From Microgenomates group bacterium Gr01-1014_5 (GTDB lineage Bacteria; Patescibacteriota; Microgenomatia; UBA8517; UBA10165): 64,000 nt of DNA. The DNA lies in NCBI GenBank assembly GCA_007376395.1, contig VMGE01000003.1, forward strand, positions 26,057 to 90,056, read 5' to 3'. The stretch's first letter is position 1. Every line of letters starts with the position of its first letter. Shown piece by piece: positions 1 through 9,511 of the stretch. The notes below the pieces were generated by a model. That model was not told the origin of the DNA. It saw only the letters and a list, made by a program, of their open reading frames with translations, and ran no database searches. Made by a program: the position numbers and the translations under genes.

Positions 1-588
1 CATAATATCTGAGGCACGGAAAGCGTCACGTCTATGAATTATAGTTATTTCTGAAGCATACTTGGTTAAAACCATAGCCTCTTCCATCGCACTATCACCT
101 CCACCGACAACAACGACACGCTTCTCTCTAAAAAACGGTGCGTCACAAGGAGCGCATGAAGAAATCCCTCGCCCAATTAATTTTTGCTCACTCTCTAGTC
201 CCAGCCAAATAGTGTCTGCTCCTGTAGCTATAATGACTGATTTACCCTCATATCCCATATTTCCCGCATTTACCTTAAACGGCCTTTGGGAAAAATCAAC
301 ACTTTCTACATCTTCAAGTTTAATTTCTGCGCCAAAACGGGCGGCTTGGGAACGAAACTTTTCCATTAATTCCAGTCCTTGTATTCCTTCTGGGAACCCT
401 GGATAGTTTTCAACTTCAGTTGTGAGCATTAATTGTCCACCCCACTTAGTGCCCCCTAGAATTAAAGTAGATAAAGCTCCGCGCGTTGTATAAATCCCGG
501 CAGTCAGTCCTGCAGGACCCGAGCCAATGATAATTGTGTCATAAGGAGCTCCGGTTTTTGGTTTTGGAGCAATGAAATTATCTGTCAT
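1..588 (-). CDS. trxB: Thioredoxin-disulfide reductase (3' end runs off the window)
   Basis: Manual translation from ATG 588 gives YDTIIIGSGPAGLTAG, GGQLMLTTEVENYPG, GISSCAPCDA-type redox motif and VVGGGDSAMEEA; next to trxA. Confidence 0.93.
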   Translation of the reverse strand, partial: MTDNFIAPKPKTGAPYDTIIIGSGPAGLTAGIYTTRGALSTLILGGTKWGGQLMLTTEVENYPGFPEGIQGLELMEKFRSQAARFGAEIKLEDVESVDFSQRPFKVNAGNMGYEGKSVIIATGADTIWLGLESEQKLIGRGISSCAPCDAPFFREKRVVVVGGGDSAMEEAMVLTKYASEITIIHRRDAFRASDIM

Positions 589-600
589 AAATAAACAGAG

Positions 601-670
601 AATTAGAGAATTAGAAATTAGAGATTAGATTGTTTTCTAATCAACTAATTAACTAATTCCCTAATTAACT
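601..670. repeat. Degenerate 7-8-nt tandem repeats in inverted arrangement (ATTAG... then CTAAT...)
   Basis: aattagagaattagaaattagagattag followed by ctaatcaactaattaactaattccctaatt. Confidence 0.75.
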
Positions 671-986
671 AGGCCTGACCTCCCTGTGCTGTTCCTTCGC
701 CTGCATCAGGAGCCGGCTCGCCTCGATTCGCATCGGGCGAAGCGGGTGTCGCCGGATCCGGAACCGGTGTTGGTTCTGGCGTTGGATTTACCACTTCTGT
801 AGGAGCGGGTTCACCTGCCGGAACCTCATTTAAAGGTGCTGCGGGCTCGCCTCGATTCGCATCGGGCGAAGCTGGTTCTGGTATGGTTGGCGCTGGTCCA
901 CCCATTGGAGCCGCGGGTTGCGGTCCGCCTGGTTGTGCCGGTTGTACTGGTTGTACTGGTTGATTTGGATCTGTTGGTTGCATCAA
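669..986 (-). CDS. Pro-rich low-complexity hypothetical protein with two PASPDANRGEPA repeats
   Basis: ORF track; fills the gap between trxA and trxB on the same strand. Confidence 0.7.
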   Translation of the reverse strand: MMQPTDPNQPVQPVQPAQPGGPQPAAPMGGPAPTIPEPASPDANRGEPAAPLNEVPAGEPAPTEVVNPTPEPTPVPDPATPASPDANRGEPAPDAGEGTAQGGQA

Positions 987-989
987 ATA

Positions 990-1307
990 TCACCCCGCTT
1001 TCGAAATTAAATCTTCAAATGGTTTTTTACCGTTAAAGCCTACTTGCCTGCTAACTTCCTGTCCGCCTTTAAAAAGGATGGTTGTTGGGATAGAGAGTAC
1101 GCCATATTTTTGCGGAGTATTAGAGTTTTTGTCGACATCTAATTTTGCCATAACTACTTTATCTTGTGAATTTGACAGTTCTTCAAGAACCGGTTCCGCC
1201 AATTTACAAGGACCGCACCAGGTTGCAAAAAAATCTAAAAGCACTGGTTTGCCGCTTTGTAAAACCTTACTTTCAAAATCTTGGTCAGAAACTTCAATTA
1301 AAGCCAT
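990..1307 (-). CDS. trxA: Thioredoxin
   Basis: WCGPC active site, 105 aa, SIPT motif. Confidence 0.96.
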   Translation of the reverse strand: MALIEVSDQDFESKVLQSGKPVLLDFFATWCGPCKLAEPVLEELSNSQDKVVMAKLDVDKNSNTPQKYGVLSIPTTILFKGGQEVSRQVGFNGKKPFEDLISKAG

Positions 1308-1353
1308 CGGCCTACAGACTACACAAAAGAAATATTCGGGTCAAGGGGAATTT

Positions 1354-3582
1354 TCACAATCTTGCGTTTTTCAGCCTCAAAGAGTTGGCCACAACCGAAA
1401 TAGAGCTTGCGGCCATAGCAAAAGAGGCAAGCGCTGGACTTAACAGCCAACCGGTAAGGGGATATAAAACTCCCATGGCAACAGGAATTAAAATAATATT
1501 GTAGCCAAACGCCCAAAAAAGATTTTGGCGGATTATACCCATTGTCTTTTTTGACAAATCAACTGCCCGGGCTACTGAGCGCAAATCACGATTTATCAGT
1601 GTTATGTTTCCTGCCTCAATTGCCACATCAGTTCCGGATCCCATGGCAATTCCGACGTCAGAAGCGGCAAGAGCCGGGGCGTCATTTATCCCATCCCCGA
1701 CCATCGCCACCTTTTTACCCTCTGCCTGGATTTTTCTCACTTCGGCTTCTTTATCTTGAGGTAACACTTCTGCTAATACTCTTTTTATCCCTACTTGCCC
1801 GGCGATTGCTTTGGCAGTTCGCGCGTTGTCACCGGTAATCATGACAGTTTCAATTCCCATCTTTTGCAGAGCCAAAACTCCGTCTTTGGCAGTATCTTTA
1901 ACGGTATCGGCAACTGCAACCAGTCCTATAAGTTTACCGTCAACAGCAAGCATCATTACTGTTTTCCCAGCACTCTCCAATCCTACAAGGTGAGACCTTG
2001 TAGGCTCAATATCTATCTTCTCTTTTTCCATCATCTTTCTGTTTCCCAAAAACACTTTCTGCTTACCCACCATTCCCTCCACCCCATGCCCGGGAATTGC
2101 TTTAAACCCTGTAACTTTGTATAAGGCGACCCCTTGTTCATCTGCTTTTTTCACAATCGCCTCAGCCAGAGAATGCTCTGAACCTTTTTCCAAAGATGCA
2201 GCCAGTTGTAGCAGTTTTTCTTTTGTTACTTTTGCCTTGTCACTTGTTACTATATCCGTGACGATTGGTTTTCCGTTTGTCAACGTCCCTGTTTTGTCAA
2301 AAATAACGACATTGATTTTATTCGCTATTTCCAAACTCTCAGCGTCTTTAATTAAAATTCCATGTTCCGCCCCGCGTCCTGTACCAACCATAATGGCAGT
2401 AGGCGTTGCCAATCCCATGGCGCAAGGACAAGCAATAATCAAAACCGCGATACTGTTTAGCATGGCAAATAAGAACGCGCTTTGCTGTCCAAAAACATAC
2501 CAGCTAACAAACGTGGCTATGGCCAGCATGATTACAACCGGCACAAAATAAGAAGAGATTAAGTCTGCCAAGCGCTGGATTGGAGCCTTTGAGCCCTGAG
2601 CTTCCTCAACCAGTTTTATAATTTGGGCGAGTAAGGTTTCTTGTCCAACTTTTTCTGCTTTATAAAGAAAAGAGCCGGACTTATTCATTGTCGCCCCAAT
2701 AACCTTATCTCCTCTGGTTTTATCAACAGGAATACTCTCTCCGGTAACCATCGACTCGTCAATCGACGATTCTCCTTCGGTAATTACCCCGTCTACGGGA
2801 ATCTTTTCACCCGGCCGGACACGGATTATATCCCCTATCTGTACTTGGTCAATAGAGATGTCAATTTCTTTACCCGCTCTCACAACCCGAGCAGTTTTTG
2901 CCTGCAAACCAATTAATTTTTTAATTGCCTCGCTCGTTCCCGCCTTTGCTTTTGCTTCAAAATATCGCCCCAAGAGAATTAATCCAATAATTACCGCCGT
3001 CACATCAAAGTAAGGCATTGGTTCAATTCCGGCTTGAGAGACCATTTGAGGAAAAAAAGTTACAACAGTAGAATAGATAAATGCCACAGATGTACCCAGA
3101 GCTACTAAGGTGTCCATATTGGCCGTTCTGTGGCGCAAAGCGGGAATTGTTGCCCGGTAAAACGTGAGTCCTGCCCAAAATTGAACAGGCAGGGCAAGGA
3201 GAAACTGGACAATAAAGTCTTGCAAAAAACTAGGCGAGGTCTGAATCAGTCCCGGGAAACTACCCCAGACAATCGGCGCCGCAAGCCCGAGACTTACCAG
3301 CACTTTTGTTCTTAGATCCTTTAGTTCACGAGTTTTTTGTTCTTTCTCTTCATCCAACGTCTGTTCTTGATGTCCCACCATTGCTTTGTAGCCAACATTA
3401 GCAACGGCAGAAGCCAGCTTTTCGTCAGTTACTTGTCCGCCGCAAACCACAGTAGCTTTACCGGTTGCAAGATTGACGCTTGCGCGCTCCACGCCGGGAA
3501 CTTTTCCGAGAGATTTCTCCAAAATACGCACACAAGAGGCACAATGCATTCCTTGAATAGAAAAGGTTTTAGTTTGTGCCAT
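1354..3582 (-). CDS. copA: Copper-translocating P1B-type ATPase
   Basis: N-terminal [34 protein letters not shown] and MAASS motifs; start set at MAQTK. Confidence 0.95.
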   Translation of the reverse strand: MAQTKTFSIQGMHCASCVRILEKSLGKVPGVERASVNLATGKATVVCGGQVTDEKLASAVANVGYKAMVGHQEQTLDEEKEQKTRELKDLRTKVLVSLGLAAPIVWGSFPGLIQTSPSFLQDFIVQFLLALPVQFWAGLTFYRATIPALRHRTANMDTLVALGTSVAFIYSTVVTFFPQMVSQAGIEPMPYFDVTAVIIGLILLGRYFEAKAKAGTSEAIKKLIGLQAKTARVVRAGKEIDISIDQVQIGDIIRVRPGEKIPVDGVITEGESSIDESMVTGESIPVDKTRGDKVIGATMNKSGSFLYKAEKVGQETLLAQIIKLVEEAQGSKAPIQRLADLISSYFVPVVIMLAIATFVSWYVFGQQSAFLFAMLNSIAVLIIACPCAMGLATPTAIMVGTGRGAEHGILIKDAESLEIANKINVVIFDKTGTLTNGKPIVTDIVTSDKAKVTKEKLLQLAASLEKGSEHSLAEAIVKKADEQGVALYKVTGFKAIPGHGVEGMVGKQKVFLGNRKMMEKEKIDIEPTRSHLVGLESAGKTVMMLAVDGKLIGLVAVADTVKDTAKDGVLALQKMGIETVMITGDNARTAKAIAGQVGIKRVLAEVLPQDKEAEVRKIQAEGKKVAMVGDGINDAPALAASDVGIAMGSGTDVAIEAGNITLINRDLRSVARAVDLSKKTMGIIRQNLFWAFGYNIILIPVAMGVLYPLTGWLLSPALASFAMAASSISVVANSLRLKNARL

Positions 3583-3584
3583 AT

Positions 3585-3950
3585 TTACCTCACGATTATT
3601 TTTCCATGGTACATGTTCATACCGCATGAATAACCAAACTCACCAGATTTTTGGGGTGTAATTTCAATCGTAACTTTTTGGTTTAAAGGAAGATACTTTT
3701 TGATCTTGAAATCAGGCAGAACAACCTCTTCTAAGCACGAATTGGAATCTTTACGGATAAAGTTTATCTTTGTAGTTTTTCCTCTGGGTATAGAAATAAC
3801 TTCAGGGGAATAGCCGCCTTCTACAACAACATCTATCCCCTGCCCTCCCGTAGCTTCAGCGAAGGAGGGTTTTTTGCCCAAAAAAAACCAATAGGTAAAA
3901 ATAATACCGACAAAACCCAAACCTATAACCAATAGATCTTTTAATTCCAT
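3585..3950 (-). CDS. Membrane-anchored cupredoxin-domain protein
   Basis: N-terminal TM helix, GGYSP, C-terminal CGMNM; directly upstream of copA. Confidence 0.85.
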   Translation of the reverse strand: MELKDLLVIGLGFVGIIFTYWFFLGKKPSFAEATGGQGIDVVVEGGYSPEVISIPRGKTTKINFIRKDSNSCLEEVVLPDFKIKKYLPLNQKVTIEITPQKSGEFGYSCGMNMYHGKIIVR

Positions 3951-3959
3951 GATTTTAAA

Positions 3960-4223
3960 TTACTTTGAGAATTTGTTGTAGAAATAAGCAATCGCATACC
4001 CGACCGTCCAGGAAAAAGCAGTTGAGGTTGCAAGGCCCCAAACAACAGTCCCCATCCCTATTTCTTTCCCGCTTCTCAAAGACTCAAGGTTCAAAGCATG
4101 AACCCAAGAGTTTGAAAGGCTTAGTAATAAATCAGGCGCAACCCAAGTTAGCACTAAGCAGACAATGTAAATAACTCCGGTAACTACTGCGGCGGCGTTC
4201 GCAAAAGCGGTTGTTTTTAACAT
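3960..4223 (-). CDS. Small membrane protein (DUF5676-like)
   Basis: Two TM segments with SWVH motif; AGGAGG RBS before ATG 4223. Confidence 0.7.
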   Translation of the reverse strand: MLKTTAFANAAAVVTGVIYIVCLVLTWVAPDLLLSLSNSWVHALNLESLRSGKEIGMGTVVWGLATSTAFSWTVGYAIAYFYNKFSK

Positions 4224-4237
4224 CTTTCTCACCTCCT

Positions 4238-4402
4238 TTAGTGTTTGTGACCCTTCATCATAAAAATCATCATTATCGGACAAATCAACAAAACCGCAAA
4301 AGGCAACACTGCATTAACATTGGTATTTTGCAACAAGAGCAACAGCAATAATACTCCTACAGCTGCGACCCATATTTGCCACATTGTCAAATATTTTTTC
4401 AC
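4238..4402 (-). CDS. Small membrane protein (DUF2933-like)
   Basis: LLICPIMMIFMMKGHKH ending; GGAGG RBS before GTG 4402. Confidence 0.7.
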   Translation of the reverse strand: MKKYLTMWQIWVAAVGVLLLLLLLQNTNVNAVLPFAVLLICPIMMIFMMKGHKH

Positions 4403-4415
4403 AAAAAACACCTCC

Positions 4416-4547
4416 TTATTTTTTATTAATCTGTTTCCAGAGCCAAATTCCAAGCAGTGTTAAATCTACCAGTAAGACCAAAACAAAGAGCGTTCCTACG
4501 CCAAAACCTTGATACCCCATCATGTTTCCATAGTTCCATCCCATCAT
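4416..4547 (-). CDS. 43-aa Met/Gly-rich single-TM protein (not in ORF track)
   Basis: Manual translation MMGWNYGNMMGYQGFGVGTLFVLVLLVDLTLLGIWLWKQINKK; GGAGG upstream; fills an operon gap. Confidence 0.7.
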   Translation of the reverse strand: MMGWNYGNMMGYQGFGVGTLFVLVLLVDLTLLGIWLWKQINKK

Positions 4548-4564
4548 TTGCACTTCACCTCCTG

Positions 4565-5398
4565 TTAAACTTTTTTAAAAATATGCCCTAATAGATATAT
4601 TAACCCAACAACGAGGATTATGTTTATCAGGATATTGTTCCCTACAAACGAATCAATCAACTCTGCCGAACCGGTAATCATCTTTGTAAAACCTTCCATG
4701 TTGTCGATAGACAATTTTCCCGCCCTTTCAAGGCTAAGTATTAATACTCCTGTTACAAAGAAAATACTTGAGGCAATAAGATTGCCCAGAGTCACCACAA
4801 ACCTTCTGCCCCAAAAATTCAAGATTCCGATAGAGCGCCTTAAAACTGCCAATTTTTGGGCTTTTCCGTCCAAAAACAAAGAAATAAACAAAAGCGGCAC
4901 CACCATCCCCAAAACATACATGCCGCCAATTGCCAAAGCGCCCAAAAAGCTCGGAGATAAAAACGTTAGAGTTAATATTCCAATTAAAACCGGCGCACAG
5001 CAGGCGCTCGTTATTCCGGAAAAAACTCCAAGTGTAAAGATAGATAAAATGTCTGTTTTTTGCTGCCCGGATCTTGTTAGGTTCGGCATGGGCAATTTAA
5101 TTCCCAGGAAAGTAACGACGGCAACAACAAGCATGACTATTCCGCCGCTTAGGTAAATTTCGTTGTGATAACGGAACAGGGCTTGCGAAATAAAAGCAAC
5201 TCCCAAAACTGCCGGTAAGAGAACCACGAAAATTCCGGCGGCAAAAACTAAGGTTGCGAAAACTACTTTTTCTTTTTCTTTAAAAACAGACCCGAGGTAA
5301 GCCGGGAGCAGGAAAGTTATACAGCAGGGAGCAAATAGCGCAACCATACCCGCAACAAAGGCTGCGACTAAGGATGTTTGGAAAAGCATTTCCCCCAT
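4565..5398 (-). CDS. ccdA: Cytochrome c biogenesis CcdA/DsbD-family membrane protein
   Basis: FAPCC...LLPAY and SACCAPVL motifs, multiple TM segments. Confidence 0.8.
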   Translation of the reverse strand: MGEMLFQTSLVAAFVAGMVALFAPCCITFLLPAYLGSVFKEKEKVVFATLVFAAGIFVVLLPAVLGVAFISQALFRYHNEIYLSGGIVMLVVAVVTFLGIKLPMPNLTRSGQQKTDILSIFTLGVFSGITSACCAPVLIGILTLTFLSPSFLGALAIGGMYVLGMVVPLLFISLFLDGKAQKLAVLRRSIGILNFWGRRFVVTLGNLIASSIFFVTGVLILSLERAGKLSIDNMEGFTKMITGSAELIDSFVGNNILINIILVVGLIYLLGHIFKKV

Positions 5399-5401
5399 AT
5401 T

Positions 5402-6337
5402 TTAAGCTCCGCAGGATCCGCCTTTATTTTGGAAAGAGGGAATGTCCTGAACAGATTGTTTTATGCGCTGGGCACCAGTTGCAGAAGAATATTCCTGCGA
5501 CAAAGCAAGCTTTGCGTCCACTTTTTTCCAATCAATACCCTCTTTGTTAAAATATGCCGCCATTTCGACGTAAGTCTGCGGAAACCAAAAAGAGTTGAAA
5601 GCCAATAGGTCTTTATATATCTGGTCTTCGGGCAAACCTTTAGAAACCGCAAGCTGGATATATCCCAAAGCAGCCATGCCATGGTTGCAATCGGGAAAGG
5701 CTGTATTGTTGCCGCAGCAAGGCCGGTATACATTTCCGGCTATCTTTGTCACCAAGTCCTGCTGATCTTGAGTTAGAGGAATAATTACTTTTGAGGAGTA
5801 ATAACTCATTGCATCCTTTTTCCCCAGTGTCCAGCCGCCTGTTGAGGCAAAGTTTGCCGTTTGTTTCGGATCTTTCTGCATTTGACCTTTTGTCAAAACG
5901 TCGCTTTTATTAACAAGCCCCAACGCCCACAAAGTATTCACCATAAAATGCGCGTTCTTTTCGTTGATAACCATATAGTCCCCAGACTCTTCTTCTAAGT
6001 ATTTCATATAGTCTCCACCATTAGTGTTATCGGTAAATATCTTTTTGTATTTCTCTTCAGAGATAACCCCGGACTCAATCAGCTGTTTACCGATATTTCC
6101 CCAAGAAACCACTGTTCTAAAGCCGTCAGGCGGCAAAACTTCCTGTTTGAGAATGTTGACCAGCTCCTCGGGGTCTTTTGTCGACTTGGAAAGTTCAAGA
6201 AAATTTAGTTGGAGCTGTTTTTGGGAGAGATAATACTGAATTATGCCTGTATACAAAACCGAATTTAAAACAATTAAAATAACTGCCCAAAGGGGAATAG
6301 ATTTTGCGAGGATTTTTTTGATCTTTTTAAAGCTCAT
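5402..6337 (-). CDS. Conserved hypothetical membrane-anchored protein with Cys/His motif
   Basis: N-terminal TM, RPCCGNNTAFPDCNHG, C-terminal GGSCGA; in the copper operon. Confidence 0.75.
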   Translation of the reverse strand: MSFKKIKKILAKSIPLWAVILIVLNSVLYTGIIQYYLSQKQLQLNFLELSKSTKDPEELVNILKQEVLPPDGFRTVVSWGNIGKQLIESGVISEEKYKKIFTDNTNGGDYMKYLEEESGDYMVINEKNAHFMVNTLWALGLVNKSDVLTKGQMQKDPKQTANFASTGGWTLGKKDAMSYYSSKVIIPLTQDQQDLVTKIAGNVYRPCCGNNTAFPDCNHGMAALGYIQLAVSKGLPEDQIYKDLLAFNSFWFPQTYVEMAAYFNKEGIDWKKVDAKLALSQEYSSATGAQRIKQSVQDIPSFQNKGGSCGA

Positions 6338-6828
6338 TTAACTACAACTCCTTTTAAGGAAAATTCAAGTTTTGGTTTAATCTTATCATTAGTTTCTACA
6401 GAAACTAAACGCGTAATAGGGCCGACGCCGGTCGGACCATGAAAGGTCGGGTCGTAAATTACTGTCAATTGCGCCTCTTTTCCGGGAGACACCTCGCCGC
6501 TCCAGGAAGAGGTTGGGTGCATACTAAAATACGGGCTTTGTCCTTGTTCAGTTGTAATTTGCGCTTTGGTACAAGTGCACGAAGTTTTAATGTTTAGCAG
6601 TTTCAATGTTTCTGTGCCTTCATTTTTAATAACAAAGGTTTTTAGGGCGTTGCCGCCAGCATACGGTATTGTTCCCCAGTCAAAGGAAATTTCCGGCGTT
6701 ACAGCCTTTACATTGCTCGAGGATTCCAAAACAGCAGGTTTTCCGGTTAAGGCAGTTGCGAACCAAACAGCACCTGCAACTAAAGTTATTAAAGATAGTA
6801 CAAGCCAAAACACCAGTTTAAGGTTCAT
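6334..6828 (-). CDS. DUF1573-like Ig-fold exported protein
   Basis: N-terminal TM, F-x-I-K-N-x-G...TSCTCT motif. Confidence 0.75.
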   Translation of the reverse strand: MNLKLVFWLVLSLITLVAGAVWFATALTGKPAVLESSSNVKAVTPEISFDWGTIPYAGGNALKTFVIKNEGTETLKLLNIKTSCTCTKAQITTEQGQSPYFSMHPTSSWSGEVSPGKEAQLTVIYDPTFHGPTGVGPITRLVSVETNDKIKPKLEFSLKGVVVK

Positions 6829-7106
6829 TGTTTGTTTTTAAAAATCTTTAAGATTTCTTTCAAAGATTCTTCTGTTTCCCCATTTTTTATTTGATCCGCG
6901 ACGCAGGTTTTTAAGTGGTTATCAAGAAGAACGCTGTCTGCTTCTTTTATAGCCTTTTGTACGGCACGCGATTGATGAATTACGTCTGGGCAATAATCTC
7001 CGTTATCCACCATTTGAATAACCTTGGCTAAATGTCCGCTGGCAATTTTTAAGCGGTGAAGAACCGCTTGTTTTATCGATGAATCTCTGGGAATTCCTTT
7101 TGGCAT
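6825..7106 (-). CDS. csoR: CsoR/RcnR-family metal-sensing repressor
   Basis: RLKIASGHL, YCPDVIHQ, HLKTC (C-H-C ligand pattern). Confidence 0.88.
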   Translation of the reverse strand: MPKGIPRDSSIKQAVLHRLKIASGHLAKVIQMVDNGDYCPDVIHQSRAVQKAIKEADSVLLDNHLKTCVADQIKNGETEESLKEILKIFKNKQ

Positions 7107-7140
7107 CTCGTCGTTTCCTCCACACGATGTAAACTTCTTC

Positions 7141-7170
7141 ATTATATCCCCCATATGGGGATTAAGTCAA
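7141..7170 (-). promoter_or_regulatory. Sigma70 promoter with overlapping CsoR-type operator
   Basis: TTGACT-N18-TATAAT; the spacer holds a G/C-tract palindrome ATCCCC-CATAT-GGGGAT of the kind CsoR binds. Confidence 0.7.
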
Positions 7171-7197
7171 GACTACTGGTTTGTCTTTGGCAATACC

Positions 7198-7306
7198 GAT
7201 ATGACATCCTCCCCGCTCTGACGAGCGGGGTTTCCACCTCTAAAGGAGGATGACATATCAGCGTTCAATTCATCTCCCGGCTGTGAGCCGGGAGTTTTCT
7301 TGAATG
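7198..7306 (-). mobile_element. Gene-less IS200/IS605-type miniature element (PATE-like)
   Basis: Minus strand: left-end-like hairpin AAACTCCCGGCTCACAGCCGGGAGATGAA and right-end-like hairpin CCCCGCTCGTCAGAGCGGGGAGGATGTCA. Confidence 0.6.
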
Positions 7307-7322
7307 CTGTTATAATAACGTT

Positions 7323-8321
7323 ATGCAAATTATCTGGCTTGCTTTTATCACCGGTTTAACCACAGGCGGGCTAACTTGTCTGGCGGTACAAGGCGGCCTT
7401 TTAGCCTCGGCTGTTGACCAGAAAAATAGAATTTCGACTAAGTATTTGGTGGGCACTTTTTTACTTACTAAACTTTTTGCCTATACCCTGCTCGGTTTTG
7501 GGCTGGGATCTCTCGGGTCTGTCTTAACTCTTTCCCCGACTACTCAAGGATGGATGCAAATCGCAGCCGGACTTTATATGCTGGCGACTGCGGCTAGACT
7601 CTTGGATTTACACCCAATTTTCCGTTATACCGCGCTCCAACCCCCTAAATGGGCGTTCTACGCCGCGCGTAAAATAACCAAAAATGAATCTCTTTTTACG
7701 CCAGGCATTTTGGGATTTATGACAGTATTTATCCCCTGCGGAGTCACACAAGCAATGATGGTTTTGGCAATCACCTCGGGCGACCCTCTAACAGGAGCCG
7801 GAATTATGTTTGCCTTTACCCTTGGTACCAGCCCGATTTTCTATGCCTTGGGAGCAGGCGCGGTCCAACTTATCCAGCGCAAGTCCTTTGCATATGCCGC
7901 CGCCTTACTGGTTGCCATACTGGGGGTAGGTTCGGTAAACAGCGGACAGGCTTTGCGCGGATCGGTGCACACCCTGCAAAACTACTGGCTGGCGGCTACA
8001 ACTGATACGCTGACGACTTATGCCCAAGGGACACGTGCAAAAATCAATTCAGAAGGTAAACAAGAGGTTACTATTAACGTTTCTGACCGCGGCTATTCTA
8101 CCCAAGTAGACACTTTAAAAGCAGGCATACCGGTTAAACTCACACTCGTTACAAACAACGTTCAGGGCTGTACACGGGCGTTCACCATCCCTTCTTTAAA
8201 CATGTCACGCGTCTTGCCGCAAACAGGAAAGGAAATGCTCGAATTTACGCCAACTCAAGCCGGCCGCCTGTCATACACTTGCAGTATGGGCATGTTTACA
8301 GGAAGCTTTCAAGTAATATGA
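7323..8321 (+). CDS. Sulfite exporter/DsbD_2-family membrane protein with C-terminal cupredoxin domain
   Basis: TCLAVQGG, FIPCG, C-terminal CSMGM. Confidence 0.85.
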   Translation: MQIIWLAFITGLTTGGLTCLAVQGGLLASAVDQKNRISTKYLVGTFLLTKLFAYTLLGFGLGSLGSVLTLSPTTQGWMQIAAGLYMLATAARLLDLHPIFRYTALQPPKWAFYAARKITKNESLFTPGILGFMTVFIPCGVTQAMMVLAITSGDPLTGAGIMFAFTLGTSPIFYALGAGAVQLIQRKSFAYAAALLVAILGVGSVNSGQALRGSVHTLQNYWLAATTDTLTTYAQGTRAKINSEGKQEVTINVSDRGYSTQVDTLKAGIPVKLTLVTNNVQGCTRAFTIPSLNMSRVLPQTGKEMLEFTPTQAGRLSYTCSMGMFTGSFQVI

Positions 8322-8539
8322 AAAGGCTAGATTCTACAACCTACAAACTACCGACTAAAACCTTCTCCATAAAAGGTATGCATTGTTCATCTTGCGCCTC
8401 ATTGATAGAACTAGAGCTCGAAGATGTTGGAATTAAAGCCTCTTGCAGTTACCCCAAACAAGCTCTGGAAGTCGACGAGAATATTGATAAAGAGGAATTA
8501 AAAAAAGTTATCCAGCCTTTGGGATACGATGTCGAGTAA
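8318..8539 (+). CDS. Heavy-metal-associated (HMA/CopZ-like) protein
   Basis: GMHCSSC motif; ATG overlaps the upstream stop. Confidence 0.8.
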   Translation: MKRLDSTTYKLPTKTFSIKGMHCSSCASLIELELEDVGIKASCSYPKQALEVDENIDKEELKKVIQPLGYDVE

Positions 8540-9461
8540 TATCGTATACTCGGGTATTAGGAAGTTTGAGACCCAAGAGGTACCCGACATCCCGAAGACT
8601 AACATGGTCTGCAAGAAGATGAACCGCAAACGAGCGGCGTAGTGTATGGGTTGTAATATCTTCAGGCAATCCCACGGCTCTCACATAACCTTTAAAAATC
8701 AACCAAATACCTTGCCGGGTTAACCTTTCCTCACGGTGGCTGACAAAAAGAGCGTCTGTTTCGGCGTGCCACAAACCCGAGCGCGAGCCTTCTAGGTAAT
8801 TTTGGATTGCCTCGTGAGTTTTCAAATCAAACGGAATTTGTCTTTCACGCCCCAATCTTAAACACCGCACATAATCTACTCCTAGGTTTATGTCATCTTT
8901 ATTAAGACTTGCCATTTCCGAAACGCGCATACCGGTAGCATAGAATAACCTCAACATTGCCGAATCGCGCATTGCTTCAGGGCTTTTATTGGCTTCTGGC
9001 GCGGCCAGAAGAGCCGCAATTTCATTTTTACTCAAAACTCGAGGGAGAGCTCTGGAGGTTTTAGGTGTTTCTATATCCAGTAAGGGATTGGTTCTCATTA
9101 TCCCGTCTTCGATTTCCCAACGGAAAAAGGCTCTAGCCGAGGCAATTTTCCGTGCGATGGTTGCTGGAGCATATCTATGCTCCTCCAACGATAAGAGAAA
9201 TCCGCTCATATCTTCTTTAGTAACACTACTCCAGGTATGTGGACCCTTTCTCAGATCCAAATACCTGCCGAGTTGAGACAAATCACTGCGGTAGGCATCG
9301 ACCGTATTTCTTGGTGTCTTTATATCCTTTAGGCAATTAAGATAAGCCCTGACGCTCAGATCTGGAATTGGATACTCTGGATCTTTATAGAAAGGAAAAG
9401 AGCCGTTTGGCGCGGTGTCTCGTGGTGTTTGAAATAATTTTCGCCCGTGCTCTAACCCCAT
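8508..9461 (-). CDS. XerD-like tyrosine recombinase (divergent catalytic residues)
   Basis: NTVDAYRSDL, ATGMRVSE, THTLRRSFA, C-terminal TRVY. Confidence 0.85.
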   Translation of the reverse strand: MGLEHGRKLFQTPRDTAPNGSFPFYKDPEYPIPDLSVRAYLNCLKDIKTPRNTVDAYRSDLSQLGRYLDLRKGPHTWSSVTKEDMSGFLLSLEEHRYAPATIARKIASARAFFRWEIEDGIMRTNPLLDIETPKTSRALPRVLSKNEIAALLAAPEANKSPEAMRDSAMLRLFYATGMRVSEMASLNKDDINLGVDYVRCLRLGRERQIPFDLKTHEAIQNYLEGSRSGLWHAETDALFVSHREERLTRQGIWLIFKGYVRAVGLPEDITTHTLRRSFAVHLLADHVSLRDVGYLLGLKLPNTRVYDITRHRIPKAG

Positions 9462-9511
9462 TTTAGTGTTTGAGCAGATATTAATACTAATCTGCAAGAC
9501 TTGCAAGCCCC

